A program made the translations under genes and the position numbers. Shown here piece after piece: positions 38,064-47,674 of a stretch of 64,000 bases of DNA. The stretch's first letter is position 1; every line of letters starts with the position of its first letter. Under the pieces are notes generated by a model, which was not told the DNA's origin, searched no databases, and saw only the letters and a list, made by a program, of their open reading frames with translations. Source of the stretch: Pirellula sp. (lineage in GTDB: Bacteria; Planctomycetota; Planctomycetia; Pirellulales; Pirellulaceae); the NCBI GenBank assembly GCA_021300155.1, contig JAJTID010000041.1:12608-76607 (forward strand). Direction: 5' to 3'.

Positions 38064-39440
38064 TCATGGCTTTGATTCATCGGTAACCATAGGTCGATGA
38101 CGCTCGATCATCGATCGGAAATCACCGAGATTCCAGGGCCCGATATACGGTTGACTCAGTTCTACTTCGGCGATCGCAACGGTTCCCCATGTCTCTGCAA
38201 CTGCGATCGGCTCGCCAGTTCGATCGTAAATGGCTGAAAGCATCCAGCCATCCTTGGGTTGCATGAACGTGCTGCTTACGATATGGACGTGATTCTCGCA
38301 AGCTCGCGCTTTGGCTAGTAGCGGATTGCATCCCCAGACGGGCCAAGCGATGATCTCGGCACCGCGATTCGATAGTTCGCGAGCGACTTCTGGAAAGAAA
38401 CCATCGTAACAAACCATCAATCCGACTTTTCCAAACGATGTTTCGAAAACAGGGTAGTTATTTCCAGGAGCGATTCCTTTTTCGACTTCACCGTGGGGTA
38501 GGCATACTTTCCGATACTTGCCAACCAACTGCCCATTGGGTCCCAATAAGACAGCCGTATTATAGATTAGGTGCCGATCACGTTCATAAAGACTTAACAC
38601 GATGTGTATATGATGTTCTTTGGCGAGTTTGCCAAAATAGTCCGTCGACGGTCCAGGAATGGGTTCAGCCGTCTCAGCTACTTGCTGCCGATTCATGTTA
38701 GGGGAAGCGGAAGGGACTGTTTCTCCGAGCACGACGAGATCCGCTTTCGATTGAGCAGCTTGGGAGATCAAGGGGGAAAATTGTTCACAGTTCTCGCGAG
38801 CAGTCGTTCCGGATGGCTTGAAGTGAACCGATGCCAACCGAACCTTCCGTGGAAGAGGAGGTGAGGTTTTGACAAAGTCAATTTCACTCCATTGAACACT
38901 TCCATTCGGTGCCCATTGCAGATGCAATTCGACGATCGCTTTCGTTGCTTTCTTTGGAACTCGGTAGGTACCGTGAACCGTTGTCCATCCATCCGCACTC
39001 GTCGGACCGTCCCCCGGATGCTCAGGTTCGGCAGTTGGGACATGTCCTAGTTTTTGAACCTGAGTTTCTGGAACGTCCGCCGAAACCATCCGCCCGTTCT
39101 CCGACTGCCAGAGAATTCGCACGAGCGCGCTTCGTCGCGGCAAATCTACCTTGTTCAGTTTGCGCAAAGCTTGAAAGCGAACGAAGTCTCCACCGCTCAC
39201 ATCAAAGGACTTCTGAATCCAACCGTCCAATCCTTCGCGATCATCGTGTGAAATGGCAAACACGCCCTTTCCCTTTGGACCACCATAAGGGTCATAGGAA
39301 AAGTCCGGTCTAATCTCTGGACGCGATGATTCTGCGGACCATCCCGGAGGAAAGGGAGCCTTGTCCTCGGATCGTGCGATGTTGCAAAGGAGCAAACAGA
39401 GAGAGACGGAAGCAAGCCACATACTAAAGTTTCTGAGCAT
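38064..39440 (-). CDS. Exported carbon-nitrogen hydrolase (nitrilase superfamily) with N-terminal beta-rich domain
   Basis: Signal peptide; catalytic triad E ('VLGET'), K ('YRKVCLP') and C ('VCYDGFFPE'). Confidence 0.85.
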   Translation of the reverse strand: MLRNFSMWLASVSLCLLLCNIARSEDKAPFPPGWSAESSRPEIRPDFSYDPYGGPKGKGVFAISHDDREGLDGWIQKSFDVSGGDFVRFQALRKLNKVDLPRRSALVRILWQSENGRMVSADVPETQVQKLGHVPTAEPEHPGDGPTSADGWTTVHGTYRVPKKATKAIVELHLQWAPNGSVQWSEIDFVKTSPPLPRKVRLASVHFKPSGTTARENCEQFSPLISQAAQSKADLVVLGETVPSASPNMNRQQVAETAEPIPGPSTDYFGKLAKEHHIHIVLSLYERDRHLIYNTAVLLGPNGQLVGKYRKVCLPHGEVEKGIAPGNNYPVFETSFGKVGLMVCYDGFFPEVARELSNRGAEIIAWPVWGCNPLLAKARACENHVHIVSSTFMQPKDGWMLSAIYDRTGEPIAVAETWGTVAIAEVELSQPYIGPWNLGDFRSMIERHRPMVTDESKP

Positions 39441-39499
39441 TGGAATTCCTTTCGGAAACGAAATAAGGATTTCGCCCTCAATCAGCTCTGCGACTTAAC

Positions 39500-40600
39500 T
39501 CACTTCGGCGGAAAGCGTTTACGGGCATATAGTTTTAGGCCAGCGAGGGCGTGGTAGATCCCGCCGCATTCGAGGTCATCGTCTTTGACTAATTCGAGCA
39601 TCTGACAGAGTTTAACGACGCCATTTTCAACCCACGTTTCCGACAACTCGTCGCTGTTGAGGGCGTAAGCGAGGAACTCAAGCGTATGGCCTGTTGCGCT
39701 CAAGCATGTACCTAGGTCCGCGCTGTTTCCCGGTCGCATGGTGTACCGAGTGGAAAAGGAACCATCCGTGTTTTGAAACCTTTTCGCTTTGTCGATCGAG
39801 GCTTGAACGACTTGTTTCGCTTTTAACCAACCGCCCTCCATTCGACCTCCTGTTTTCTCCCGACAACGGACAGCATGCGCCAGTCCCATGAGGCGATGCA
39901 TTCCCCCGCACGCGCTACTACCAAGGTCTTGTTCTGCTTCGAAAGCAACAAACGACTCGAGGGACCATATGTTGCCATCGGTTCCTTGCCACTGAGAATC
40001 GTTGGGAAAGTAATTGCACATGGCAATGAGAGTCCAAGAGTACTCTCTGTAAGGGTTTCGGCAGATGTCTCGCTGCGCTTGACGAGCTACGTCCTCGAGA
40101 AGAAATTCTTTGCCGTTCACTTGAAGCGGCGTAGTTAACGGAATTTCAACTTGCGAGAGATAACCCAAGAACTGATCCACATGTCCCTGGCCGGTAAAGC
40201 TCCCTTCCTCGACAGTGGTTCGAATTCCAACACGCTTTGTGGCAGGGATCACGTCGCCCGCTCTCAAGTCCCAACCAGGTAGTTCGCCACCGGCAAAGAG
40301 ATACTCCAATGCCGGTACTACCTGTCCATCTACTTGTAGAGGTAAGTCTGAACCAAAAGCAACGGCCCCATGGAGCACTTGCCAAGCGGCGTTGCGATCG
40401 GCCCGCAAAATTCGATGATGAAGATTGTATTCGATGGTCGATTCCACCAATTGCTGAAGTTTTCCAGCTGCTTCAGGGGTAACGAGTTCCTTCTTCGTTG
40501 CCTCGGCTGGAAATGGCTCGGTCGGCAGGCAACCTACGAATACGCCAGCGACTACCGGCACGACAAAAACAAGCAGTAGATATCGGATCAGGGCACGCAT
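39500..40600 (-). CDS. Conserved hypothetical lipoprotein, helical (alpha/alpha-barrel-like)
   Basis: Lipobox-like 'FVGC'; 'AWQVLHG', 'GQGHVDQF', 'CGGMHRLMGL', 'FQNTDGSFS', 'YHALAGLKLY'. Confidence 0.65.
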   Translation of the reverse strand: MRALIRYLLLVFVVPVVAGVFVGCLPTEPFPAEATKKELVTPEAAGKLQQLVESTIEYNLHHRILRADRNAAWQVLHGAVAFGSDLPLQVDGQVVPALEYLFAGGELPGWDLRAGDVIPATKRVGIRTTVEEGSFTGQGHVDQFLGYLSQVEIPLTTPLQVNGKEFLLEDVARQAQRDICRNPYREYSWTLIAMCNYFPNDSQWQGTDGNIWSLESFVAFEAEQDLGSSACGGMHRLMGLAHAVRCREKTGGRMEGGWLKAKQVVQASIDKAKRFQNTDGSFSTRYTMRPGNSADLGTCLSATGHTLEFLAYALNSDELSETWVENGVVKLCQMLELVKDDDLECGGIYHALAGLKLYARKRFPPK

Positions 40601-40799
40601 TTTGGCAATGGATCGAAAACTTGATCAATTCTAGGAAAACAGTCTCGAGATTCTAATTCGGATTGAGAATTCCCCCACCTCTCCTTGGAGATATTTACTA
40701 TCTTTTCAAGTCTGGCAGAGCAATGACCGAGACTCTGTGACCGGATAATGTATATTTCGAAGAGTGGCCAAAACCAGTTCCTCAAGAAAGGCAACAACC

Positions 40800-41057
40800 A
40801 TGGCGATGGAAAACTTTACGCGACATCAGCAAGGCATTATTCGTTCGTATTACCAAAATCGCGACACGGTTTCTTTTCAACGCGTCCAAGAGCTGTTGAC
40901 AGATATCTACCTGGCAGAGGGAAAGAAAAAGGAAAAACTTTGGGACAGTATGTTCAATCATCTTGAGAAGTTGGGTGTGCCAGCAGATCAAATCAATCAT
41001 ATCAAGACCAAGCGGGACCCCGAATTAATCGCGCAGATCATTCAGAAAAAGATCTAG
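40800..41057 (+). CDS. Small hypothetical protein (85 aa)
   Basis: Protein-like helical composition ('FTRHQQGIIRSYYQNRD...QELLTDIYLAEGKKKEKLW'); occupies an otherwise empty gap between divergent and convergent genes. Confidence 0.7.
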   Translation: MAMENFTRHQQGIIRSYYQNRDTVSFQRVQELLTDIYLAEGKKKEKLWDSMFNHLEKLGVPADQINHIKTKRDPELIAQIIQKKI

Positions 41058-41073
41058 CTTCCACCAATTCCGA

Positions 41074-42060
41074 CTAACCAATATCACAGCGGTTCCATAT
41101 GTCGAGCAGTTCTGTCATTCGGTCCGAGATGCGGTTTCGATATAGATTATACTGCTCTTCGTTTTGCAGCCTATCGTTCCAAAAGGCTAGAGCGATGGCG
41201 GTTGAGATTCGGTGCAACATCAAACATACGGCCAACTCTGGAAGTGTTGAGGACGGCAGCAAAGTTTGATAAGCATCGTATGCATTGGACCATGACATCA
41301 CGGACGACTTTAAACTGCCAATGAGTCGAACAAAATCAAAAACCGGCCATTCGACTCTCGAGGCCCCTAAATCGACGATACTCAACAATTCGCATTCGTC
41401 GTTCACCAACAGATTGTCACGCCAAAGGTCCCGAACAATCCAGTGTTGTTTGTGGTTACGGTGCAATTCTTGCCGAAGAAATTTCTCCCAACAGGGCAGT
41501 TCCCTTTGAGCCTGTAACAATACTGCAAAGCAATTCCAATGGTTTGGGGTGGATGGCGATTGGTTGAGCGATACCCTGGCAATCGAATTCAGGCCGTCTA
41601 GCCTTTCCTGGATCGCCAGTGAACGGCCAGTGTGAGAATGAAACATTACGGTTTCACGATGCAAAATCGCAAGCCGCTCGCTAAGCTGAAGCCGTATCGG
41701 ATCTGAGATTCTCTCCGCTTGTAGTGGGGCTCCGTCCATCCACGAAGCGAGAGTCCAATGCTTATCGTCGATCGTCTGGATGAGTGGCATCTGGATATCC
41801 CCTCGCCATTTTTCGATACGGGGAAACAAGTTTCGGTTCGACGCGGAGCTAGAAAGATGCGTTACGACTTGATCCCAATACTCCACTTTCATTATGGAAC
41901 TAGGTGAGTTCGGCCAAGCCCTCAGCGCAAATTGCTGACCATTGCATTGGATCCGATAAATAGGCAGTCCGCTAAAACCGGGCTTGTCGATTTGAGCCGC
42001 GTGCCAATCGGATGTTCCGAAGTGTCGAGCGAGACGAATGCGGAGTTTCTCCGAAAGCAT
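41074..42060 (-). CDS. Aminoglycoside phosphotransferase / type II homoserine kinase-like kinase
   Basis: Brenner-like motif 'RDLWRDNLL', 'IVDLG', 'GFSG..IYR'. Start at ATG 42060, just after the lolD stop. Confidence 0.7.
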   Translation of the reverse strand: MLSEKLRIRLARHFGTSDWHAAQIDKPGFSGLPIYRIQCNGQQFALRAWPNSPSSIMKVEYWDQVVTHLSSSASNRNLFPRIEKWRGDIQMPLIQTIDDKHWTLASWMDGAPLQAERISDPIRLQLSERLAILHRETVMFHSHTGRSLAIQERLDGLNSIARVSLNQSPSTPNHWNCFAVLLQAQRELPCWEKFLRQELHRNHKQHWIVRDLWRDNLLVNDECELLSIVDLGASRVEWPVFDFVRLIGSLKSSVMSWSNAYDAYQTLLPSSTLPELAVCLMLHRISTAIALAFWNDRLQNEEQYNLYRNRISDRMTELLDIWNRCDIG

Positions 42061-42062
42061 AT

Positions 42063-42872
42063 TCACTTCAACCGTTCGACTCGACCTCCCTTGAGTCGTA
42101 CGAGTGCATCGCATTGACTCGCGATCGATTCATCGTGTGTCACCATGACGATAGTTAAGTTCCGAGTTTCGTTTAGAGAACGCAACAGCTTCAAAATGGA
42201 TGAGCCCGTTTCCTGATCTAGGTTACCCGTTGGTTCATCAGCCAAAAGGAGAGCAGGGTCGGAGATTAGAGCGCGTGCAATCGCTGTACGCTGCATCTCA
42301 CCACCCGAAAGTTGGCTCGGGCGATGGTTTAATCGATGATCCAACCCGACCGTCTTCGCAAGTTCCTTTGCACGGTCCAAAATATTGGAACGATTGCGCC
42401 AGTAACTAAATAACCCGTGCCCAATCAAGGATGGGGCCATGATGTTTTCTAATAACGTGAGTTCAGGTAATAAGTGATAGAACTGGAAAATCATTCCTAA
42501 ATTCTGATTTCGAAACGCGTCGCGTTGAGCGTTTGGAACATTATCGATCCGTTGGCCGTCGAAGAAAATCTCGCCACTGTCAGGGCGATCCAATGTTCCC
42601 AACAGGTGTAGCAATGTACTTTTGCCAGATCCACTTTGCCCGACAATTGCGGTCACTCTGCCGACTTCGGCTTGGAAATCAACTCCTTTAAGGACATCGA
42701 CTTTCATGTTGTGACGTTTGTATGCTTTTGCAACATCGCGTGCTTGAAGGATGCTTTTGTTCGATTCGGTTACTGGCACTCCCAGATCCGATTCATTGCG
42801 AATCACCCGGTACCGCGATTGTTCTTCTGAGTAAGGAGCGGTCTGTTTTTTGGTAGGTTTTAAGCTATTCAT
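42063..42872 (-). CDS. lolD: Lipoprotein-release ABC transporter ATP-binding protein
   Basis: '[11 protein letters not shown]', 'FQFYHLL', 'LSGGEMQR', '[10 protein letters not shown]', 'VTHD'. Confidence 0.88.
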   Translation of the reverse strand: MNSLKPTKKQTAPYSEEQSRYRVIRNESDLGVPVTESNKSILQARDVAKAYKRHNMKVDVLKGVDFQAEVGRVTAIVGQSGSGKSTLLHLLGTLDRPDSGEIFFDGQRIDNVPNAQRDAFRNQNLGMIFQFYHLLPELTLLENIMAPSLIGHGLFSYWRNRSNILDRAKELAKTVGLDHRLNHRPSQLSGGEMQRTAIARALISDPALLLADEPTGNLDQETGSSILKLLRSLNETRNLTIVMVTHDESIASQCDALVRLKGGRVERLK

Positions 42873-44529
42873 AACGCAATGCCTCAACTGGGTGCATTCG
42901 TGCGGCACGAATGGAGGGAAGAACACTTGCCAAGACTGCAATAAGCACGGAACCGATCGACACCCAAACGAGCATACTCGGGTGGATAATAGTCGGGATC
43001 TTGTCAAAGTAATACACGGTAGGATCGAAAACTTCTCGACCAGAAATGAACTCTACGACCCGAGCAATTTCATTGATCTTCCAAACAAAGATGAGCCCAG
43101 CGACCACCCCTGCTCCTGCTCCCACCGTGCCCAATAGAACGCCGTAGCCCAGGAAAATGGTTGCGATCCCTCGACCAGGAGCACCTAACGCTTTTAGCAC
43201 ACCGATATCTCTAGTCTTCTCAACCACAATCATGAAAAACGTCGCCAAGATCCCAAATCCGGCAACCGCGATGATCATGAACAAAAGGATGTTGAGAATG
43301 GTGGTTTCCATCGCCACGGCGGCTAACAAAGGCCCTTGCGTATCTTTCCACGAGTTCACGGAGATCATCGATTCGGGAGGGAATTCGGAACGGAGCAAAT
43401 CGCGAGCCGCAGCGAGATCGGCGCCTTTTTTAAGTTTGATCTGCAACGAAGTAACCGCCATCGCTCCTGTCTGTGGATCGATGAGCCCTCTCGCCTTTTG
43501 CAAAGCTCGAATTGGTACGAATGCAAAAGTCGAGTCGTACTCACTCATCTTGCTCTCGTAGAAATCCACGATGGTAAAAGAGTGGTCGATCGCTTTCGGC
43601 GGAGTTCCTGCGTTTGGAAATGCGACGCTCACGTCATCACCCGGACGCAGGTAGAAGTGATCGCGAACTTTACCTTCCGCATCTCGGCCTCGCAAACTTC
43701 CGAGTCCTATGCCGAGCACGATTCCCGTTCGTTGTTCTTTTTCCGCGTCAAAAACATATCCTTCGCCGGAGGTTGCCGACTGAACCATCGGAGAGCTCAG
43801 CAAACTCTGAACGTCCGAGTCTGTAGCAGCAGACAAGGAAAGCCGCGTATCTTCAGCAGCATCGATAGGTTCTGTATCGCTGAGGGAGACCTTTACCGCA
43901 GGATCTTCAGCTAAGCCAGGTAGCTCGTTGGCCAGTTGTTTCTTTTGAATCTGCCGTTGAAGCTCCTGGTAGCGTTCCAGTTCTGTTTTGAACTGTTGCT
44001 GCTGTTTGATCAAATCTTTTTTTAATTTTTCGGCGTATCGTCGATGCTCCCAGCCCGCAGGCTGCAACGCTTCACGACCTTCGGCATACCCAGTTTCTCG
44101 GAGCTGGAAATCAAGCTTCTTTTGGTTCTCAGGATGCAAAAGATACTTGCTGAAATCGCTCACACTGGCGTAGGTTTCATCGTCGATCCCGATCAGATTG
44201 ATCTGCTGTGTGTGCGACTGTCCATTGACTGTAAAGGTCATCATCGCCGGCAACGTCACTACCGACGTAATCCCAGCAACATCGTCACCGAGGCATTCTC
44301 GAATTCGTTTTACGTACCAATCGGGCTGATCCAGCCCTGTAGTCGATCGTGCCTCGACAACCAGATCACTCAATATGCCATGCATACGGTCCTGCATTTG
44401 GGTGGTGAAGCCATCCATGACGCTGTTCACCACAACCAGGGTAGCCACACCGAGGGTTACCGAGACGATCGAGGCTAAAGCGATCCACCTCGTTCGGAGA
44501 TAACGCCAGCATAGCAGTAATTTGTACAT
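42865..44529 (-). CDS. lolE: Lipoprotein-release ABC transporter permease LolC/E, with long periplasmic insertion
   Basis: 'LGVATLVVVNSVMDGF', 'VVEKTRDIGVLKALGA', '[13 protein letters not shown]'. Confidence 0.88.
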   Translation of the reverse strand: MYKLLLCWRYLRTRWIALASIVSVTLGVATLVVVNSVMDGFTTQMQDRMHGILSDLVVEARSTTGLDQPDWYVKRIRECLGDDVAGITSVVTLPAMMTFTVNGQSHTQQINLIGIDDETYASVSDFSKYLLHPENQKKLDFQLRETGYAEGREALQPAGWEHRRYAEKLKKDLIKQQQQFKTELERYQELQRQIQKKQLANELPGLAEDPAVKVSLSDTEPIDAAEDTRLSLSAATDSDVQSLLSSPMVQSATSGEGYVFDAEKEQRTGIVLGIGLGSLRGRDAEGKVRDHFYLRPGDDVSVAFPNAGTPPKAIDHSFTIVDFYESKMSEYDSTFAFVPIRALQKARGLIDPQTGAMAVTSLQIKLKKGADLAAARDLLRSEFPPESMISVNSWKDTQGPLLAAVAMETTILNILLFMIIAVAGFGILATFFMIVVEKTRDIGVLKALGAPGRGIATIFLGYGVLLGTVGAGAGVVAGLIFVWKINEIARVVEFISGREVFDPTVYYFDKIPTIIHPSMLVWVSIGSVLIAVLASVLPSIRAARMHPVEALRYE

Positions 44530-44717
44530 ACGGTCTTCCTGATCAAATCCGTGGAACTATCCCTCGTCGACGACAATAACAAATCCCGCGGCGACGATGC
44601 AAGGCTAGCTCTCCCCTCTAATGGAAAGGTCGCCACCCCCCATTCAAAGCGGAAATAGAACAGTGTTGGGTGGCTGCGGGCATCGCAGATGGATAGCGAC
44701 GTTCGGTGAACCACTGT

Positions 44718-44755
44718 ATTATTAGCGGGCAGATCAATTATTAGCGGGTTGATCA
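44718..44755. promoter_or_regulatory. 19-bp tandem direct repeat in the lolE / response-regulator divergent intergenic region (candidate operator)
   Basis: attattagcgggcagatca (44718-44736) and attattagcgggttgatca (44737-44755), 17/19 identical. Bracketed by gacgttcgg at 44698-44706 and 44756-44764. Confidence 0.45.
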
Positions 44756-44837
44756 GACGTTCGGAACGTGGCCTTTCTCATTCCCATGAGCGAGTGCGGT
44801 GCGATGTCTGCATCTTTGGTTCAAATCGGAGTAGTCC

Positions 44838-45467
44838 ATGCCAATTCAAATCCTACTAGTAGACGATCATGAAATCGTCCGAATTGGCTTGAAACATGTT
44901 TTATCGAAATCAGATATCGTTGTGTCGGCAGAAGCTGGCAATATGGCGACGGGATTTCCAGTGTATAGAACAGCGAAGTTTGATGTTGTTCTTGTAGACG
45001 TGCGATTTCCAGACGGAGACGGTCTTCAATTGCTATCAAAAATCAAGCTAGAAAAGCCGACCCAAAACTCTCTTGTCATGTCTGCGTATGACAATCCCAC
45101 ATGCTTGGCCAAAGCTGTGGCGTATGGAGCGAATGGCTTCCTGGTGAAGTCGGATCCGATCAGTCGGATTGTTGACTCGATCAAAAGAGCCGCAGCAGGT
45201 GAGAACCTGTGGACGAAGGAGGAGATGCGCCGAATCTCAGCAGGTTTGTCGGGGATTCAGAAAAGCGAGAGCGAGATTCTGCTTACGATCCGCGAAAATG
45301 AAGTCCTACAGCAGTTGTCAAATGGCCTTACCAATAAAGAGATCGCCTTGGCGCTCGGGATCAGTTACGAGACGGTAAAGGAACATGTCCAGCATCTTCT
45401 TCGAAAGATTGGTGTTTCTGACCGGACACAGGCGGCCGTTTGGGCTGTTCGTCGCAATTTGGTTTGA
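44838..45467 (+). CDS. NarL/LuxR family response regulator
   Basis: 'LLVDDHEIVRIG', phospho-acceptor 'LVDVRFP', 'GFLVK', HTH 'LTIRENEVL...GLTNKEIA..LGISYETVKEHV'. No cognate kinase adjacent. Confidence 0.93.
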   Translation: MPIQILLVDDHEIVRIGLKHVLSKSDIVVSAEAGNMATGFPVYRTAKFDVVLVDVRFPDGDGLQLLSKIKLEKPTQNSLVMSAYDNPTCLAKAVAYGANGFLVKSDPISRIVDSIKRAAAGENLWTKEEMRRISAGLSGIQKSESEILLTIRENEVLQQLSNGLTNKEIALALGISYETVKEHVQHLLRKIGVSDRTQAAVWAVRRNLV

Positions 45468-45538
45468 TAGTCTTCTGCTTAGCCTCGAGCGATCAACAAA
45501 TCGAGGCGAAATGTTCCTTTCATCCCAAAGAGTTTCGA

Positions 45539-46483
45539 ATGCAACTTCGGCAGCTTGGCAATTCAGATTTACACATTAGCCCGATAGGAATTGGTGCATG
45601 GGCAATGGGTGGGGCGGGTTGGGCGTTTTCGTGGAGCAAGCAAGAAGACTCTGACTCCATAAGTGCTATTCATGCCGCCCTCGATCTAGGAGTGAATTGG
45701 ATAGATACTGCGGCAGTGTACGGCCTGGGGCATTCCGAAGAAGTCGTTTCGAAGGCTTTAGCAGCATACCGTGGCCCGCGGCCGTTGGTCTTTACCAAAT
45801 GCGAACGCGCCTGGGATTCCACCGGACAGATTATCAAGTCGCTTGCGCCGGCCTCGATTCGCAAGGAATGCGAGGAAAGCCTACGTCGGCTGAATGTCGA
45901 TACGATTGATCTATATCAAATCCATTGGCCTGAACCTGATGAAGATATAGAAGAGGGCTGGGAAACCCTCGGCCAACTGCAGAAGGAGGGCAAAGTTCGC
46001 TGGATCGGAGTGTCGAATTTTAATGTTGCTCAACTGGAGCGGATCATGAAAATCGCCCCGGTCACCTCGCTCCAGCCACCTTACTCTTTGATTCGACGTG
46101 AAGTCGAACCAGAGGTTCTCCCTTTTGTTCGAAAGAACAATATTGGTGTGATCGCTTACTCACCCATGGGCTCAGGTATGCTTACGGGCAAGATGACGCG
46201 TGAGCGAGTTCAGTCGTTGCCTGCGGACGATTGGAGAATTCGTAGTCCGATGTTTCAAGAGCCATCGCTCACACGTAACTTAGAAATTGCTTCGAAAGTG
46301 ATTCAGCTTGCAGAAAAGCTAGGAAGATCTCCCGGCGAAGTTGCAATTGGTTACGTACTGCAGAACCCAGCCATCACAGGCGCGATCGTTGGTTTTCGCA
46401 ACGCAGAACAAGTGACATCGCTGAAAGGGGTGATGGATATCGCATTGACAGCCGATGAAATGGCGTATCTCTCCGGCCGGTAA
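45539..46483 (+). CDS. Aldo/keto reductase
   Basis: 'GIGAWAMGG', 'WIDTAAVYG', 'FTKC', 'IDLYQIHWP', 'IGVSNF', 'YSPMGSG'. Confidence 0.92.
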   Translation: MQLRQLGNSDLHISPIGIGAWAMGGAGWAFSWSKQEDSDSISAIHAALDLGVNWIDTAAVYGLGHSEEVVSKALAAYRGPRPLVFTKCERAWDSTGQIIKSLAPASIRKECEESLRRLNVDTIDLYQIHWPEPDEDIEEGWETLGQLQKEGKVRWIGVSNFNVAQLERIMKIAPVTSLQPPYSLIRREVEPEVLPFVRKNNIGVIAYSPMGSGMLTGKMTRERVQSLPADDWRIRSPMFQEPSLTRNLEIASKVIQLAEKLGRSPGEVAIGYVLQNPAITGAIVGFRNAEQVTSLKGVMDIALTADEMAYLSGR

Positions 46484-46558
46484 CGTCAGCGTGCATTGAA
46501 GACAGTTTGGTGCATAAGTGCTATGCGTTGGCGATGCATCGCATTACGTAGTTGAAGT

Positions 46559-47341
46559 CTACGATCGAAACGGCTGAATCAGATAATAGAAGCTAACCGT
46601 CAAACCAATCGCAATGACCATGTAGCGCACCCATTTACGATTCAATCTCCTGGCCGCTCTAGCTCCAAGATAACCGCCGGCGATCGATGAGAAAATCATC
46701 GGCCCGGCAAGCGACCAGTCGACCAGTCCAAAAGCGATAAACATCGCGACAGAAATCAAGTTGATCGCGGATGCAAGATAGGTTTTTAACGCATTCAAAC
46801 GATGTATGTCTTGTATCCCTAGCAAAGACAGGGCCGAAAGCATGAGAATTCCAATCCCCGCTCCAAAATAACCGCCATAGAGGGCGATAAAAAACTGAAA
46901 CACGACGATGGATGCGTAGCCGATTTTAGTAAGGTTTTCGTTTGGCTCAGTGCGAAGTCCTTTGACGCGAGCAAGGAGAGGTTGGGCGATGAAGAGCAGC
47001 GTGGCTCCCAGGATAAGCCATGGTACGAGGACTCGAAATTCATTTGGATCGCGCTGAGCAACGAGCGCTGTTCCTAGGATCGCTCCGGCGAACGATGGGA
47101 TCGTCAATCGAATTAACCAATGCCGCACCAATTTCAATTCTTGCCGGTAACCCCACGCGGAGGCTACCGAACCGGGGAAAATGGCAACGGTACTCGTTGC
47201 ATTGGCAATCACACTCGACACCGATGCCGGCCCCAAAACCCAGAGCAAAGCCGGAAATGTTAGCAGTGTCCCACCACCCGCAATCGAATTAACTGCCCCG
47301 GCGAGAAATGCAGAAACGCAAAGAAAGATCCAGGAGTTCAT
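46559..47341 (-). CDS. TauE/SafE family sulfite exporter-like permease
   Basis: 'AVNSIAGGGTLLTFP', 'ANATST', 'YGGYFGAGIG', 'NALK'. Confidence 0.88.
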   Translation of the reverse strand: MNSWIFLCVSAFLAGAVNSIAGGGTLLTFPALLWVLGPASVSSVIANATSTVAIFPGSVASAWGYRQELKLVRHWLIRLTIPSFAGAILGTALVAQRDPNEFRVLVPWLILGATLLFIAQPLLARVKGLRTEPNENLTKIGYASIVVFQFFIALYGGYFGAGIGILMLSALSLLGIQDIHRLNALKTYLASAINLISVAMFIAFGLVDWSLAGPMIFSSIAGGYLGARAARRLNRKWVRYMVIAIGLTVSFYYLIQPFRS

Positions 47342-47572
47342 TCGCAAAATTAGTGTTGGATGCTGCAATGAACCAATACTGTACGGGTCCCGCTCCTCAA
47401 TCGTAGTATCAAAAGGCACAAACCTGAAGCCGAAAAGGGGATTTCGATTGGAAGTGCAAGGAAACAGGGATTTGCTAGAATGACGTTCTTACGCAAATTT
47501 ACCACAAACCCAACCTGACGAATGTCGGCTTGTTGCTTTAATGGATTTGCCATACGGCAAACGACCTATCCC

Positions 47573-47623
47573 AACCCGAAGCGTTAGCGAGGGACGGATT
47601 ATCCCTCGCTAACGCTTCGGGTT
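47573..47623. repeat. REP-like perfect palindrome (22-bp arms, 7-nt loop)
   Basis: aacccgaagcgttagcgaggga-cggatta-tccctcgctaacgcttcgggtt; the arms are exact reverse complements. Intergenic between the divergent tauE-like gene and galM. Confidence 0.9.
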
Positions 47624-47674
47624 AGGTTAAAGGCAACAAGCTCGCAAACACGGGGCAACCTTCATTAGATCTTG

